From assembly GCA_030691775.1 (NCBI GenBank), contig JAUYDN010000240.1:1-37863 (forward strand): 37,863 bases of DNA, given 5' to 3'. The position numbers and the translations under genes were made by a program. The notes beneath the pieces are model-generated. The model saw only the letters and a program-made list of their open reading frames with translations. It did not search any database and was not told the DNA's origin. This document shows, in pieces, positions 25,916 to 35,396 of this stretch; within the stretch, counting starts at the first letter, position 1, and every line of letters starts with the position of its first letter. This DNA comes from Dehalococcoidia bacterium (GTDB taxonomy: Bacteria > Chloroflexota > Dehalococcoidia > Dehalococcoidales > Fen-1064).

Positions 25916-27083
25916 TGCCTTCTCCCTGCTTCGCTGCAGTTTCAGCTGTTGCCACCGGTTTTTCTGCGGTCTCCTCCGCCTTTGGTTTAGCCGCTGCCGG
26001 GCGGGTTACTCTGCGCGCGGGTGCTTTTGGTTTTTCCTCACCGGTTCCTTCAGCCGTAGCTTCACCGGCAGGTTTAGCGCGGGTCACCCGGTGTGCGGGT
26101 GCTTTTGGTTTCTCTTCCGCCGCGTGTGCCGGAGCCGTTTCGCTTGCCTTCGGAGCTTCTACCGTCGTCCGTGGACGCGGTGCTCTCCTTACCGGCTTTG
26201 GTTTTTCTTCTGCCGCAAGTGCCGTAGCCGTTTCGCCTGCCTTCGGAGCTTCTACCGTCGTCCGTGGACGCGGTGCTCTCCTTACCGGCTCTGGTTTTTC
26301 TTGTGCGGCTGGTGCGGCGACAGGCTGTTCTCCCACCGGCTTTGCTTCCACTGGTGGGGTTTCCGTAACCGCGATTGCTACTGCAGGGGCGGCTGTTTCC
26401 GCGGCAGGAGTGGATATTGCCTGTGGTGCCGGGGTAGCCGTTTCTACCTCTTCCTTCTCCGGCAGAATGTCACCTTTGTAAACCCAGACTTTCACGCCGA
26501 TGCGTCCCATAACGGTGCGTGCTTCTGTAAACCCGTAATCGATATCGGCGCGGATGGTATGCAGTGGCACACGCCCTTCGTGCATAATAACGCGGCGGGC
26601 GATTTCCGCCCCATCGAGGCGGCCGGCACAGCGGATTCTCATCCCCTTGGCGCCTGCCTGGATGGTGCGTTGCATCGATTGTTTCATCGCGCGGCGGTAG
26701 GCAACACGGCGTTCCATCTGGTCCGCCACCGAGCGGGCTACCAGAAAAGCATCTAGCTCCGGTTGCTGGATTTCCCTTATGTTAAGTTGAATTCGCTTGC
26801 CGATAAGCTTTTCCAGTTTAGAGCGCATTTCATCAACCCGCTGGCCGCCACGCCCGATAAGTATGCCGGGCCGCGCGGTATGGATGGTGAGGGTAACATT
26901 ATTAGCCTGGCGGTCAATCTCTACCTGGGAAACCCCGGCTTCCGGATACATCGACCGGAGAGTCTTGCGGATTTTCAGGTCCTCCTGGAGATAGGCGACA
27001 AAATGTTTATCCGCATACCACTTGGCGTCCCACGGCTTGATGATGCCAACCCTGAAACCAACGGGGTGAACCTTATGTCCCAT
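25902..27083 (-). CDS. rpsC: 30S ribosomal protein S3 with ~183-aa repeat-containing A/P/E/K-rich C-terminal extension
   Basis: [24 protein letters not shown]..., KH domain ILIGRGG. The conserved core ends near residue 210 (DNA ~26453); the tail runs to 25905. Confidence 0.95.
   Translation of the reverse strand: MGHKVHPVGFRVGIIKPWDAKWYADKHFVAYLQEDLKIRKTLRSMYPEAGVSQVEIDRQANNVTLTIHTARPGILIGRGGQRVDEMRSKLEKLIGKRIQLNIREIQQPELDAFLVARSVADQMERRVAYRRAMKQSMQRTIQAGAKGMRIRCAGRLDGAEIARRVIMHEGRVPLHTIRADIDYGFTEARTVMGRIGVKVWVYKGDILPEKEEVETATPAPQAISTPAAETAAPAVAIAVTETPPVEAKPVGEQPVAAPAAQEKPEPVRRAPRPRTTVEAPKAGETATALAAEEKPKPVRRAPRPRTTVEAPKASETAPAHAAEEKPKAPAHRVTRAKPAGEATAEGTGEEKPKAPARRVTRPAAAKPKAEETAEKPVATAETAAKQGEGNATT
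26134..26319. repeat. 93-bp tandem duplication inside the rpsC tail (31-aa protein repeat)
   Basis: Copies 26134-26226 and 26227-26319 share about 80 nt with only 3-4 mismatches. They encode EKP(E/K)[17 protein letters not shown](G/S)ETA... twice. A second, looser ~78-bp repeat (EEKPKAPA[HR]RVTR) lies at about 26014-26125. Confidence 0.85.
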
Positions 27084-27421
27084 TAAGCCTCCTGCTCACC
27101 GACGATGACGGTAATATGACTGGAACGTCTGTGTATGCTGCTGGCACGGCCGCGAGAGCGCGCCCGGTAGCGGCGCAGTGTGGTGGCTACGTCCGCGTGG
27201 ATTTTCACCACCTTCAGATTATCCAGGGCGATGCTATGGACCTTTTCCGCGTCTGAAGCCGCCGCTTTTACAACTTTAGCGACAATCCTGGCATGTGGCG
27301 AGGGTGTGAATTTGAGGATGGTCAACGCATCGTTCACTTTCTTGCCTCTCACCAGGTCAACGATAGCCCGCATTTTGCGTGCTGATATTCCGGTGTTTTT
27401 AGATACGGATTTTACTTCCAT
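27083..27421 (-). CDS. rplV: 50S ribosomal protein L22
   Basis: ISARKMRAIVDLVRGKKVNDALTILKFTP is canonical L22. Confidence 0.95.
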   Translation of the reverse strand: MEVKSVSKNTGISARKMRAIVDLVRGKKVNDALTILKFTPSPHARIVAKVVKAAASDAEKVHSIALDNLKVVKIHADVATTLRRYRARSRGRASSIHRRSSHITVIVGEQEA

Positions 27422-27429
27422 GTATCTCC

Positions 27430-27729
27430 CTATGCGGCGGCCTCGGGTTTCTTAACCGGGGCGGCTGCCTCCTTCATGGTGTGTCCCCTGAAGGTACGGG
27501 TGGGGGCAAATTCGCCCAGGCGGTGCCCGACCATATTCTCTGTAATGTAAATAGGGACGTGGCGTCTACCATCGTGGACGCCGATTGTCAAACCGACCAT
27601 CTCCGGTAGTATCGTGCACCAGCGCGACCATGTCTTGATGACTGTTTTTTCACTGGTGCGGCTTACCGCCAGTACTTTCTTCAGTAACTTCTGGTCTACT
27701 GCCGGTCCTTTTTTTGTTGACCTTGACAT
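27430..27729 (-). CDS. rpsS: 30S ribosomal protein S19
   Basis: [19 protein letters not shown]...[35 protein letters not shown] is canonical S19. Confidence 0.95.
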   Translation of the reverse strand: MSRSTKKGPAVDQKLLKKVLAVSRTSEKTVIKTWSRWCTILPEMVGLTIGVHDGRRHVPIYITENMVGHRLGEFAPTRTFRGHTMKEAAAPVKKPEAAA

Positions 27730-27732
27730 AGT

Positions 27733-28563
27733 TTACTTCTTCCCCCGACGCCGTATAATCAGCCTATCGGAATGCTTCTTTGCCCGGGTTTTGTGCCCGA
27801 GGGCAGGTTTACCCCACGGGGTCTTGGGTCCGGGCATCCCTATTGGAGTCTTGCCTTCACCGCCACCGTGCGGATGGTCGCGCGGGGACATCGCTGAGCC
27901 TCTGACAGCCGGACGCCAGCCCATGTTGCGCTTCCTGCCTGCCTTGCCCAGACTGATGGTGGCATGTTCCAGGTTGCCCACCTGCCCGATTGTCGCCGTG
28001 CATTCGGCGTGGACAAGGCGCATTTCCCCGGAAGGTAGACGGACGTGCACATATTCGCCTTCCTTGGCGAGTAGCTGTGCCGTATTTCCGGCACTCCTCA
28101 CCAGCTTGCCGCCCTTGCCCTTAGTCAACTCGATATTGTGTATCATCGTGCCGGTGGGAATCAGGCGCATCGGCAGGGTATTGCCGGGTCGTATCTCTGC
28201 CTGCTCCCCGGACATAATGGTGTCTTTCACACTCAAACCGATTGGCGCCAGAATATAGCGTTTTTCACCATCGGCATAAAACACGAGTGCGATACGCGCC
28301 GTCCGGTTGGGGTCGTATTCGATAGCGGCTATCTTGCCCGGGACACCAATCTTATCCCGTTTGAAATCGATTACGCGGACAAGACGCTTGGCACCGCCGC
28401 CGTGATGCCGTACCGTAATCCTACCCTGGTTATTACGGCCCGCCCGGTTCTTCTTGAAGATAAGCAGAGATTTTTCCGGTTTATTTTTCGTGATTTCATC
28501 AAAGGTATAGCCACTCTTTGCTCTCTGTCCGGGCGAAGTCGGGCGGTATATTTTTAGTGCCAT
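27733..28563 (-). CDS. rplB: 50S ribosomal protein L2
   Basis: [14 protein letters not shown]...[17 protein letters not shown] is canonical L2. Confidence 0.95.
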   Translation of the reverse strand: MALKIYRPTSPGQRAKSGYTFDEITKNKPEKSLLIFKKNRAGRNNQGRITVRHHGGGAKRLVRVIDFKRDKIGVPGKIAAIEYDPNRTARIALVFYADGEKRYILAPIGLSVKDTIMSGEQAEIRPGNTLPMRLIPTGTMIHNIELTKGKGGKLVRSAGNTAQLLAKEGEYVHVRLPSGEMRLVHAECTATIGQVGNLEHATISLGKAGRKRNMGWRPAVRGSAMSPRDHPHGGGEGKTPIGMPGPKTPWGKPALGHKTRAKKHSDRLIIRRRGKK

Positions 28564-28577
28564 TGAAGTCCCCTTGC

Positions 28578-28865
28578 CTACTGAACGTTCTCGAACAGGT
28601 CTATTTTGTCACCGGATTTAAGGGTGACCAACGCTTTCTTCCAGGTAGGGCTATAGACCATACGTCTGCCCACCCTTTTGCTTTTGCTGGGCATATTCAT
28701 CACATTGACGCCGGTCACGGTTACCTTGAACGCGGTCTCCACAGCGCTCTTGATTTGTGTCTTGTTGGCATCCCTGCCAACTTCAAAGGCATATTTGCCA
28801 GCCGCCTGAAGGACAGCGTTCTTCTCCGTCACCAGCAGGCGTTTTATTACTTCATGCAGTTGCAT
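28578..28865 (-). CDS. rplW: 50S ribosomal protein L23
   Basis: [11 protein letters not shown]...YAFEV...[16 protein letters not shown] is canonical L23. Confidence 0.95.
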   Translation of the reverse strand: MQLHEVIKRLLVTEKNAVLQAAGKYAFEVGRDANKTQIKSAVETAFKVTVTGVNVMNMPSKSKRVGRRMVYSPTWKKALVTLKSGDKIDLFENVQ

Positions 28866-29508
28866 CGGCCTTTTCTCCAGGCATATCCTTACCCCAGAGC
28901 TCTTCTGCTTTGCGGATAGCTTCGACTTCCATCACCAGCACCTTGTGGGAAAGGATATCCAGAACATTGAGCAAGTTTGCAGGCAGGGTCTTGATACCCG
29001 GGAGATTGCGCGCCGACCTGACCACATTAGCTTCGGCAGTGGTGGTCACTACCAGCGCGGTGTCAGCTACCTGCAGGGCATCCAGGACGCCTGCCATCTG
29101 TTTTGTTTTTGGCTCGTTAAATTTCAGGGATTCCAGTATCTTCAATGCGCCGTCGGTTACCTTGGCGGAAAGTGCACATCGCACGGCGAGCTGGCGCATT
29201 TTCTTCGGCATCGCCTGGTGGTAGTCCCTGGGGTGAGGCCCGAAGACAACGCCACCGCCACGCCGGAGCGGTGATTTGATACTGCCGGCGCGGGCTTTAC
29301 CCGTGCCCTTTTGCCGGTACAGTTTACGCGTACTGCCCCTGACATTGGCGCGGGTCTTTGTACTTGCTGTTCCATGGCGCGCATTCGCCTGCTGGCGAAG
29401 TACCGCCTGGTGCACAACGCCGGCGTTGAACGGCACGGCAAACACCTTATCGCTTATCTCGATGGTCCCGGTAACTTCTCCGGCCAGATTATAGACTTGT
29501 GCCTGCAT
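28852..29508 (-). CDS. rplD: 50S ribosomal protein L4
   Basis: ATG 29508 gives MQAQVYNLAGEVTGTIEISDKVF...KGTGKARAGSIKSPLRRGGG. The ORF-track extension to 29562 overlaps rplC. Confidence 0.93.
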   Translation of the reverse strand: MQAQVYNLAGEVTGTIEISDKVFAVPFNAGVVHQAVLRQQANARHGTASTKTRANVRGSTRKLYRQKGTGKARAGSIKSPLRRGGGVVFGPHPRDYHQAMPKKMRQLAVRCALSAKVTDGALKILESLKFNEPKTKQMAGVLDALQVADTALVVTTTAEANVVRSARNLPGIKTLPANLLNVLDILSHKVLVMEVEAIRKAEELWGKDMPGEKADATA

Positions 29509-29512
29509 GTGA

Positions 29513-30145
29513 CTACTTCCTCTTTGTCGTCTTACTGATGATGAGCAGACCGTTCCGGACACCCGGTACGGCGCCTTTGACCAGGAGGAGGTTTTTCTCC
29601 GGGTCGGACTTGATTACTTCCAGCCGGCGCACCGTCACCCGTTCGTCGCCCATGTGTCCCGCCATACGCATACCCTTGAGCACATGACCCGGCGTGGTGG
29701 TGGAGCCGATAGCTCCGGGGGCGCGGGTCCTGTCGGACTGGCCGTGGGTCTTCTTACCGCCTTTGAAATGATGACGCTTCACGACCCCGGCAAATCCTTT
29801 TCCCTTGGAAATCCCGCAGACATTTACAACCTCGCCTGCCTGAAAGGCGCTGACATCTACCTTGTCTCCGACCTTCACAGAGGCAGGGTCGGCGACCCTG
29901 AACTCGCGGAGGTACTTGAATTTCCCCAGCTCTTTGGTATGCCCCTGTTCCGCTTTGCTGATTTTCCTGGCGTTGCCAAAACCAAGCTGGACGGCACTGT
30001 AGCCCTCTTTGCCCGTGCTCTTTACCTGTGTAATAGTGCAGGGTCCGGCCTCGATGACGGTAACAGCTTCCATCTTGCCGTTGTCCCTGAAGACCTGGGT
30101 CATGCCCACTTTTTTGCCAATAATTCCTGGAACCATCTCATTCAT
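29513..30145 (-). CDS. rplC: 50S ribosomal protein L3
   Basis: GIIGKKVGMTQVF...GKGFAGVVKRHHFKGG..THG is canonical L3. Confidence 0.95.
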   Translation of the reverse strand: MNEMVPGIIGKKVGMTQVFRDNGKMEAVTVIEAGPCTITQVKSTGKEGYSAVQLGFGNARKISKAEQGHTKELGKFKYLREFRVADPASVKVGDKVDVSAFQAGEVVNVCGISKGKGFAGVVKRHHFKGGKKTHGQSDRTRAPGAIGSTTTPGHVLKGMRMAGHMGDERVTVRRLEVIKSDPEKNLLLVKGAVPGVRNGLLIISKTTKRK

Positions 30146-30151
30146 CCTGAT

Positions 30152-30460
30152 TTACAGTTTAATATTCAGCTCGACCCCTGACGGCAGGTTTAGTTTAGTC
30201 AACGAGTCGATGGTCTTAGAGGTGGTCTCCACAATATCGATGAGGCGTTTGTGGGTGCGCACCTCGAACTGCTCCTGCGAGTTCTTATCGATAAAGCTCG
30301 CGCGGATGACGCTGAATTTTTCGATGCGTGTGGGCAAGGGTATAGGTCCCACGACGACCGCACCCGTCTGCTCGACCGTCTCCACAATCTGTCGCGCCGA
30401 TTGGTCGACCACCTTGTGGTCGAACCCCTTGATTGTGATGCGAATCTTTTGTTTAGGCAT
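30152..30460 (-). CDS. rpsJ: 30S ribosomal protein S10
   Basis: [28 protein letters not shown]...GPIPLPT is canonical S10. The start overlaps the fusA stop by 8 nt. Confidence 0.95.
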   Translation of the reverse strand: MPKQKIRITIKGFDHKVVDQSARQIVETVEQTGAVVVGPIPLPTRIEKFSVIRASFIDKNSQEQFEVRTHKRLIDIVETTSKTIDSLTKLNLPSGVELNIKL

Positions 30461-32540
30461 ACTTAGCCATTCCTGCTTTCTCTATTACCTCTTTGGCCAG
30501 TGAAGCCGTGATTTCCTGGTAGCTATTGAACTCCAGGGTATGTCCTGCCCTTCCCTGCGTCTGCGACCGGAGCGTGGTAGCATAACCGAAGGTCTCCGAC
30601 AGGGGGATGAGCGCCTGGATGATACAGATTTCGCCGTGTGTCTCGATTGACTCGATGTGACTGCGGCGGCCGGTGATATCGCCGATAATATCGCCCATAA
30701 ACTCTTTGGGGGTGACCACTTCCATCTTCATAATCGGTTCGAGCAACACCGGGTTTGCTTTTTTCACCCCGTTCCTGAGGGCAATGGAGCCAGCCATCTT
30801 GAAGGCAAGCTCGGAGGAGTCCACCTCGTGGTAACTGCCATCATACACGGTTACCTTGATATCGACGAGCGGGTAGCCGGCAACGACGCCGTCAGCCAGC
30901 GCCTCGCGGACGCCCGCTTCAATGGGCGGGATAAACTGCCGGGGAATGGCGCCACCCTTGACATGTTCGATAAACTCAAAGCCTCCGCCCAGCCCCGCCG
31001 GCTCAATCGCCAGCCAGACGTGGCCATATTGCCCGTGGCCACCGCTCTGCCTGATAAACCTGCCTTCCGCCTGGACCGCGGTGGTAATGGTTTCCTTGTA
31101 AGCGACCCGCGGTCTGCCCACCTTGGCGCTGACACCGAACTCGCTGAGCAAGCGCTGGACGATGATTTCCAGGTGAAGCTCGCCCATGCCGGCAATGACA
31201 ATCTGGCCGGTTTCTTCATTGTAGGTGACTTTGAAAGTGGGGTCTTCTTCAGTGAGCTTTCTGAGGGCTTCGCCCAACTTGTCTTGGTCGACGCGGGTGC
31301 GAGGCTCGATGGCGATGGAGATGACAGGTTCCGGGAAGCGGATGGAATCGAGGAGCACCGGCTGGGTCTGACTGCACAGCGTATCGCCGGTGAAGGTGTT
31401 CTTGAGACCGAGCGTGGAAACGATACTGCCGGTATCGGCGCACTCGATCTCGTCACGCTTATTAGCACGCATCAGGAACAAACGCCCGATACGCTCACTC
31501 TTACCGCGTGTCGGGTTGAATACCTGGTCGCCGGCTCTCACCTCGCCGGAGTAGACGCGGAAGTAGACAAGCCTGCCCACGAACGGGTCGGTGACCACCT
31601 TGAACGCCAGCGCCGTAAACGGGGCATTATCTTTCGCCTCACGGATAATCGGGCTGTTGTCTTTGATATCGATGGCGCGCACGGGCGGCATATCAGAGGG
31701 TGAGGGTAAGTAATCAATCACGGCATCGAGCAGGAGACGGACACCGCGGTTGCTGAGAGCACTGCCGCAAAGCACAGGTACGGCTTTATTGGCGAGGGTA
31801 ATGCGTCGTAATGCGGCTTTAATATCCTCTGTGGCAATCTCCGTGCCTTCCAGGTAGGCGTTCAACATCTGGTCGTCAAGCTCCGCCATCTGTTCGATGA
31901 GCTTGTGGCGCTGTTCTTCTACCTTTGGTTTTTCATTTTCCGGGACGGGGATTTCCTCCACTGTCTTAGCACGGTCGCCGTCAGCGGCATAGGCGCGTCT
32001 TTCGATAAGGTCGATGATGCCCTGGAACTTGTCTTCGGCGCCGATGGGCATCTGGATGGCGAGCGGTTTAGCGTGGAGCCGGTCGACAATCATATTAAGG
32101 GTATTCTGGAAATCCGCGCCAACCCGTTCCATCTTGTTGACGAAGCAGATGCGCGGGACGTGGTAGCGGTCTGCCTGCCGCCAGACTGTCTCCGATTGTG
32201 CTTCCACACCCTGGACGGCATCGAACAGGACGACGCCGCCATCGAGCACGCGGAGACTGCGCTCTACCTCGGCGGTGAAATCCACATGCCCGGGTGTATC
32301 GATGATATTGACGCGGTGGTCGTGCCAATCGCACGAAATCGCGGCGGCGGTAATGGTGATGCCGCGCTTGCGCTCCTCTTCCATCCAGTCCATGACCGTA
32401 GTGCCTTCGTCAACCTCACCGATTTTGTAGGTGACGCCGGTATAATAGAGGATGCGCTCCGTCAACGTGGTCTTGCCCGCATCGATGTGAGCGATAATGC
32501 CAATATTCCTGACTTGTTCCAGAGGCAGATTTCTGGACAT
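30453..32540 (-). CDS. fusA: Translation elongation factor G
   Basis: [32 protein letters not shown] and NKMER G-motifs over about 695 aa. ATG 32540 is preceded by GAAGGA. The ORF-track start at 32567 is TTG. Confidence 0.95.
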   Translation of the reverse strand: MSRNLPLEQVRNIGIIAHIDAGKTTLTERILYYTGVTYKIGEVDEGTTVMDWMEEERKRGITITAAAISCDWHDHRVNIIDTPGHVDFTAEVERSLRVLDGGVVLFDAVQGVEAQSETVWRQADRYHVPRICFVNKMERVGADFQNTLNMIVDRLHAKPLAIQMPIGAEDKFQGIIDLIERRAYAADGDRAKTVEEIPVPENEKPKVEEQRHKLIEQMAELDDQMLNAYLEGTEIATEDIKAALRRITLANKAVPVLCGSALSNRGVRLLLDAVIDYLPSPSDMPPVRAIDIKDNSPIIREAKDNAPFTALAFKVVTDPFVGRLVYFRVYSGEVRAGDQVFNPTRGKSERIGRLFLMRANKRDEIECADTGSIVSTLGLKNTFTGDTLCSQTQPVLLDSIRFPEPVISIAIEPRTRVDQDKLGEALRKLTEEDPTFKVTYNEETGQIVIAGMGELHLEIIVQRLLSEFGVSAKVGRPRVAYKETITTAVQAEGRFIRQSGGHGQYGHVWLAIEPAGLGGGFEFIEHVKGGAIPRQFIPPIEAGVREALADGVVAGYPLVDIKVTVYDGSYHEVDSSELAFKMAGSIALRNGVKKANPVLLEPIMKMEVVTPKEFMGDIIGDITGRRSHIESIETHGEICIIQALIPLSETFGYATTLRSQTQGRAGHTLEFNSYQEITASLAKEVIEKAGMAKYA

Positions 32541-32585
32541 AGTTTTATCCTTCAGACTGATAACCAAGTAAACTGAGACCTCCCC

Positions 32586-33059
32586 TTACCACCGGTAATG
32601 AGCGAAGGCGCGGTTTGCCTCCGCCATCTTGTGTGTGTCTTCGCGCTTTTTTACCGCTGAGCCCTGGCCCTTTGCGGCGTCACTCAATTCCGCCGCCAGT
32701 TTTTCCGCCATCGATTTTCCGCCACGCGAGCGCGCTGAATCGATAAGCCAGCGTAACGCCAGGCCCAGGCCGACTTCCGCGGTTACTTCAATGGGCACCT
32801 GGTAGGTGGCGCCCCCAACCCGGCGCGATTTCACTTTGAGTTGAGGGGTAACATTCTTGATTGCGGTTTCCATATCCGTGACAGGGTCTTTAGAACCCTG
32901 CTTGCTCATAATATCGAATGCCCCGTAGATTACATGCTCGGCGGTGCTTTTCTTGCCGCGCTTGAGAATACGGTTGGTGAACTTGGTCACCGTGATGCTC
33001 TGGTATTTAGCATCCGGGGCAATTTTGGGTCGTTTGAGAGCACGTGAACGCCGTGGCAT
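32586..33059 (-). CDS. rpsG: 30S ribosomal protein S7
   Basis: MPRRSRALKRPKIAPDAKY...ANRAFAHYRW is canonical S7. Confidence 0.95.
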   Translation of the reverse strand: MPRRSRALKRPKIAPDAKYQSITVTKFTNRILKRGKKSTAEHVIYGAFDIMSKQGSKDPVTDMETAIKNVTPQLKVKSRRVGGATYQVPIEVTAEVGLGLALRWLIDSARSRGGKSMAEKLAAELSDAAKGQGSAVKKREDTHKMAEANRAFAHYRW

Positions 33060-33068
33060 TGATTCCTC

Positions 33069-33500
33069 CTAAGCCTGTTCCGCCGTCGCCTTGGGACGCT
33101 TGGCGCCGTACTTACTGCGGCTCCTTTTACGGTTGGCGACGCCGGTTGAATCGAGCGCGCCGCGGACAATGTGATAGCGCACACCGGGCAGGTCCGGCAC
33201 CCGGCCGCCGCGGACCAGCACCACGGAGTGCTCCTGAAGCTCGTGGCCTTCGCCGGGAATATAGGCGGTGACCTCGATACCGTTGCTGAGGCGCACCCTG
33301 GCAATCTTGCGCAGGGCGGAGTTAGGCTTTTTGGGCGTCATGGTCTTTACCTGCGTGCAGACGCCGCGCTTCTGCGGGTTGCCCTCGCCCCAGTGTGTCC
33401 GGTTCTTCAAGGCGTTAAAGTTATAGTGCAGGGCGGGAGCCCGGGTCTTACTGCTCTTGCTCCGGCGTCCCTTGCGTATAAGCTGGTTAATGGTTGGCAA
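33069..33500 (-). CDS. rpsL: 30S ribosomal protein S12 (long form)
   Basis: TTG 33500 gives the canonical (M)[12 protein letters not shown]-terminus, with AGGAGG 5 nt upstream. That SD lies inside the ORF-track extension (GTG 33518). [10 protein letters not shown] and [17 protein letters not shown] are present. Confidence 0.93.
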   Translation of the reverse strand: MPTINQLIRKGRRSKSSKTRAPALHYNFNALKNRTHWGEGNPQKRGVCTQVKTMTPKKPNSALRKIARVRLSNGIEVTAYIPGEGHELQEHSVVLVRGGRVPDLPGVRYHIVRGALDSTGVANRKRSRSKYGAKRPKATAEQA

Positions 33501-33630
33501 GTTGACCTCCTGTGCCACAAAAAATAAAGATGAGCTTTTATGCGCTCATCCCATCCGCAGTGCGTGCGTAAAATACCCCGCCGGGGTCAGGTTGTCCGCG
33601 CCATCGCCGAACAAGTGAGCACAAATAATA

Positions 33631-33660
33631 ATAATAGCAAAGAATTAAGATGAATGTCAA
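33631..33660 (-). promoter_or_regulatory. Predicted sigma70-type promoter of the rpsL (str) operon: TTGACA-18-TATTAT
   Basis: On the minus strand, -35 TTGACA is at 33655-33660 and -10 TATTAT at 33631-33636. This gives a leader of about 120 nt containing a 7-bp hairpin gatgagc/gctcatc (33529-33550). Confidence 0.45.
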
Positions 33661-33804
33661 CATTTAGAATGGGGGGTGTTGGATGGGGGGGACGGGTTTT
33701 AGTTTCTCAATAGTCCACGAAAACAAGAAAGTCACCTGAACATTAATTCAGCGTGGGCGGTTTGATACAAATCTACACATTTTGAAGTTTTTATATGGTA
33801 GGCG

Positions 33805-34269
33805 TTAAATTATCTTCTCCAATTTCTCAAATATGGCTTTACAGTGTCTATGGCAAGCCTTAATTTCGATTAAAGTCATATTGGAAGAGCTTCCATGAGC
33901 AACAGCGTTTTTATTTGTCACAATATTATTTAAACCCGTTTTAGCTTTGTAAGGGATTCTCTTATTCATAGCTACCACCCACTTTTTACTGAACCGTCCG
34001 AGTATTGTCGTCAGATTGTCCCAGTTCGGGTTTCTGAGTTGTAGATCCAGAGTTTTTTCAACAAATGTCTTAATCTCAATATCACCGCTCTTAGCCGCCC
34101 TTTTGTTAAGGAGATGCTCAAAGCAGTCCTCGTACGCTCCCGATATTAAAACCACCAGATATGACACAAGATCAGCAATTATTTTGCTGTCACCTTTAAA
34201 TCTTTCTATTCGATTGATAGTTTCCTTTATGAAAAGGAATTTGTCACGAACATATTGCTCTCGTATCAT
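33805..34269 (-). CDS. Small helical protein with HEPN-like (RNxxAH-type, Arg->Lys) motif; partner of the DUF262 gene
   Basis: 154 aa from ATG 34269, which lies 1 nt after the upstream stop (157 aa from TTG 34278, overlapping it by 8 nt). NKNAVAHG is encoded at 33895-33912 near the C-terminus. The coding sequence is AT-rich. Confidence 0.6.
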   Translation of the reverse strand: MIREQYVRDKFLFIKETINRIERFKGDSKIIADLVSYLVVLISGAYEDCFEHLLNKRAAKSGDIEIKTFVEKTLDLQLRNPNWDNLTTILGRFSKKWVVAMNKRIPYKAKTGLNNIVTNKNAVAHGSSSNMTLIEIKACHRHCKAIFEKLEKII

Positions 34270-34270
34270 T

Positions 34271-35317
34271 TCACCCAAACAACCCCTGTTGCGCTAACTT
34301 AATTCTTTGTTTAACCGTATCTACGTCTGTAGTTGAGCTAGAAACATATCTATCAAAGGAATCATTATTCAGTAATTTCCTATACTGTTCTCTGAGGTCT
34401 AACTTTCTATTAAGCAGATTGTGGTAGAATGCCACCATAACAGAATCGCAAATAGCGGCATTTAGACCACGCTGTCGGTGGAATGGTTTAGAGTCCAATG
34501 TTTCAACTACATAATTAACAGCGCCCTCGAAGTTGCTTCGGTATTTTTCAAAACGCTCTTTATTGTTTCGATTTTCTTTCATAAAATCCGTCAAAAAATC
34601 AGTCATTGGTTTATGATATCGATCGCCGTTCTCCGCTAATGCCAGTGTCCTCAGCACTAATTCCACATCTCTGTATCTCTTGTCCACTACAGCACTGCCT
34701 AGTATGACTCGCCAGTTCGGAATACTATTTAATTCCATTAGGAATTTACTAAATTCTCCATGGTATAAAGCATTTCTGATTTCCTGAGAATTTAAGGTAG
34801 TGCCTCCAGTATTAAGCCTTTTGAAGATGTGGTACATACTTGTGTTATCTTTAGGATCCAACTGTTCAATAATAATGGTCCTTAGCACCGCATCTCTAAG
34901 CCGTATCTTGTCGGCGCTATTTAACTGACTGAAAACAAGTCCCTCCCAGACCGCCTTAACCTTTCTAAGTGAAAATCTTTGGCGCGTGTCAGGAAATTCT
35001 TCTGCAAAGTATCCGAATACGCTTCGTAATCTTTGTTGTCCGTCGACCACAAGTAATCTCTGAGTATCGCTCTCTCTATAAAGGAACAAGGGAGGAACAG
35101 GGAGACCTAGGAGAAATGATTCGATAAGACTGCTAGCTTGGTTGATAGTCCATACAAAGCGTCTTTGAAACGGAGGAACGAATATTTCTTCCGATATCCA
35201 CTTATCATAAAGACCTTGGAGAGTATAATCAGCCGGATAAGCTGCTATCTTATAGCGCGATACATCTTCCTCTGCATCGTCTCTCTCAGACTTGATTTGC
35301 TCAATTTTAACTGTCAT
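34271..35317 (-). CDS. DUF262 (ParB/GmrS-like N-terminal domain) protein without a recognisable nuclease domain
   Basis: FQRRFVW, VVDGQQRLRS (DGQQR at 35030-35044) and FKRLNTGGTTLNSQEIRN motifs. ATG 35317 is preceded by GAGGTGA with a 5-nt spacer (the ORF-track start is GTG 35326). Confidence 0.8.
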   Translation of the reverse strand: MTVKIEQIKSERDDAEEDVSRYKIAAYPADYTLQGLYDKWISEEIFVPPFQRRFVWTINQASSLIESFLLGLPVPPLFLYRESDTQRLLVVDGQQRLRSVFGYFAEEFPDTRQRFSLRKVKAVWEGLVFSQLNSADKIRLRDAVLRTIIIEQLDPKDNTSMYHIFKRLNTGGTTLNSQEIRNALYHGEFSKFLMELNSIPNWRVILGSAVVDKRYRDVELVLRTLALAENGDRYHKPMTDFLTDFMKENRNNKERFEKYRSNFEGAVNYVVETLDSKPFHRQRGLNAAICDSVMVAFYHNLLNRKLDLREQYRKLLNNDSFDRYVSSSTTDVDTVKQRIKLAQQGLFG

Positions 35318-35348
35318 TGGACTCACCTCTCGTATCGGTCGCGATGCA

Positions 35349-35377
35349 ATATTATTTCATTTCAAGGGCTATTTCAA
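35349..35377 (-). promoter_or_regulatory. Predicted promoter of the DUF262/HEPN-like cassette: TTGAAA-17-TAATAT
   Basis: On the minus strand, -35 TTGAAA is at 35372-35377 and -10 TAATAT at 35349-35354, about 30 nt upstream of the ATG. Confidence 0.4.
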
Positions 35378-35396
35378 GCCGGGCGCAGAATAATTA

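Noticed and set aside
25915-26756. Two overlapping plus-strand ORFs (188 and 221 aa) with repetitive Cys/Arg or Ala/Gly sequence
   Set aside because: They are antisense to the repetitive S3 tail, and their internal repeats only mirror the 93-bp duplication in rpsC.
30657-31703. 348-aa plus-strand ORF
   Set aside because: It lies entirely antisense to fusA, whose identity is unambiguous. The composition is Ala/Gly/Arg/Asp-rich, typical of shadow ORFs in GC-rich coding DNA. It has no SD and no recognisable motif.
30453-32567. Missing tuf as a possible misassembly
   Set aside because: fusA and rpsJ physically overlap by 8 nt in continuous sequence with intact reading frames, so the absence of tuf here is real gene order.
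33378-33428. Apparent ~14-aa insertion in S12 ([17 protein letters not shown]) relative to E. coli
   Set aside because: From memory, the same position carries a similar-length segment in the long-form S12 of Bacillus-type bacteria, so this is the common long form and not a novelty.
33671-33697. G-runs (GGGGGG..GG..GGGGGGG..GGG) as a potential G-quadruplex next to the rpsL promoter
   Set aside because: Only three solid G-runs with a weak fourth. The tract is better explained as the island boundary motif, so I kept it as part of the island finding and not as a regulatory call.
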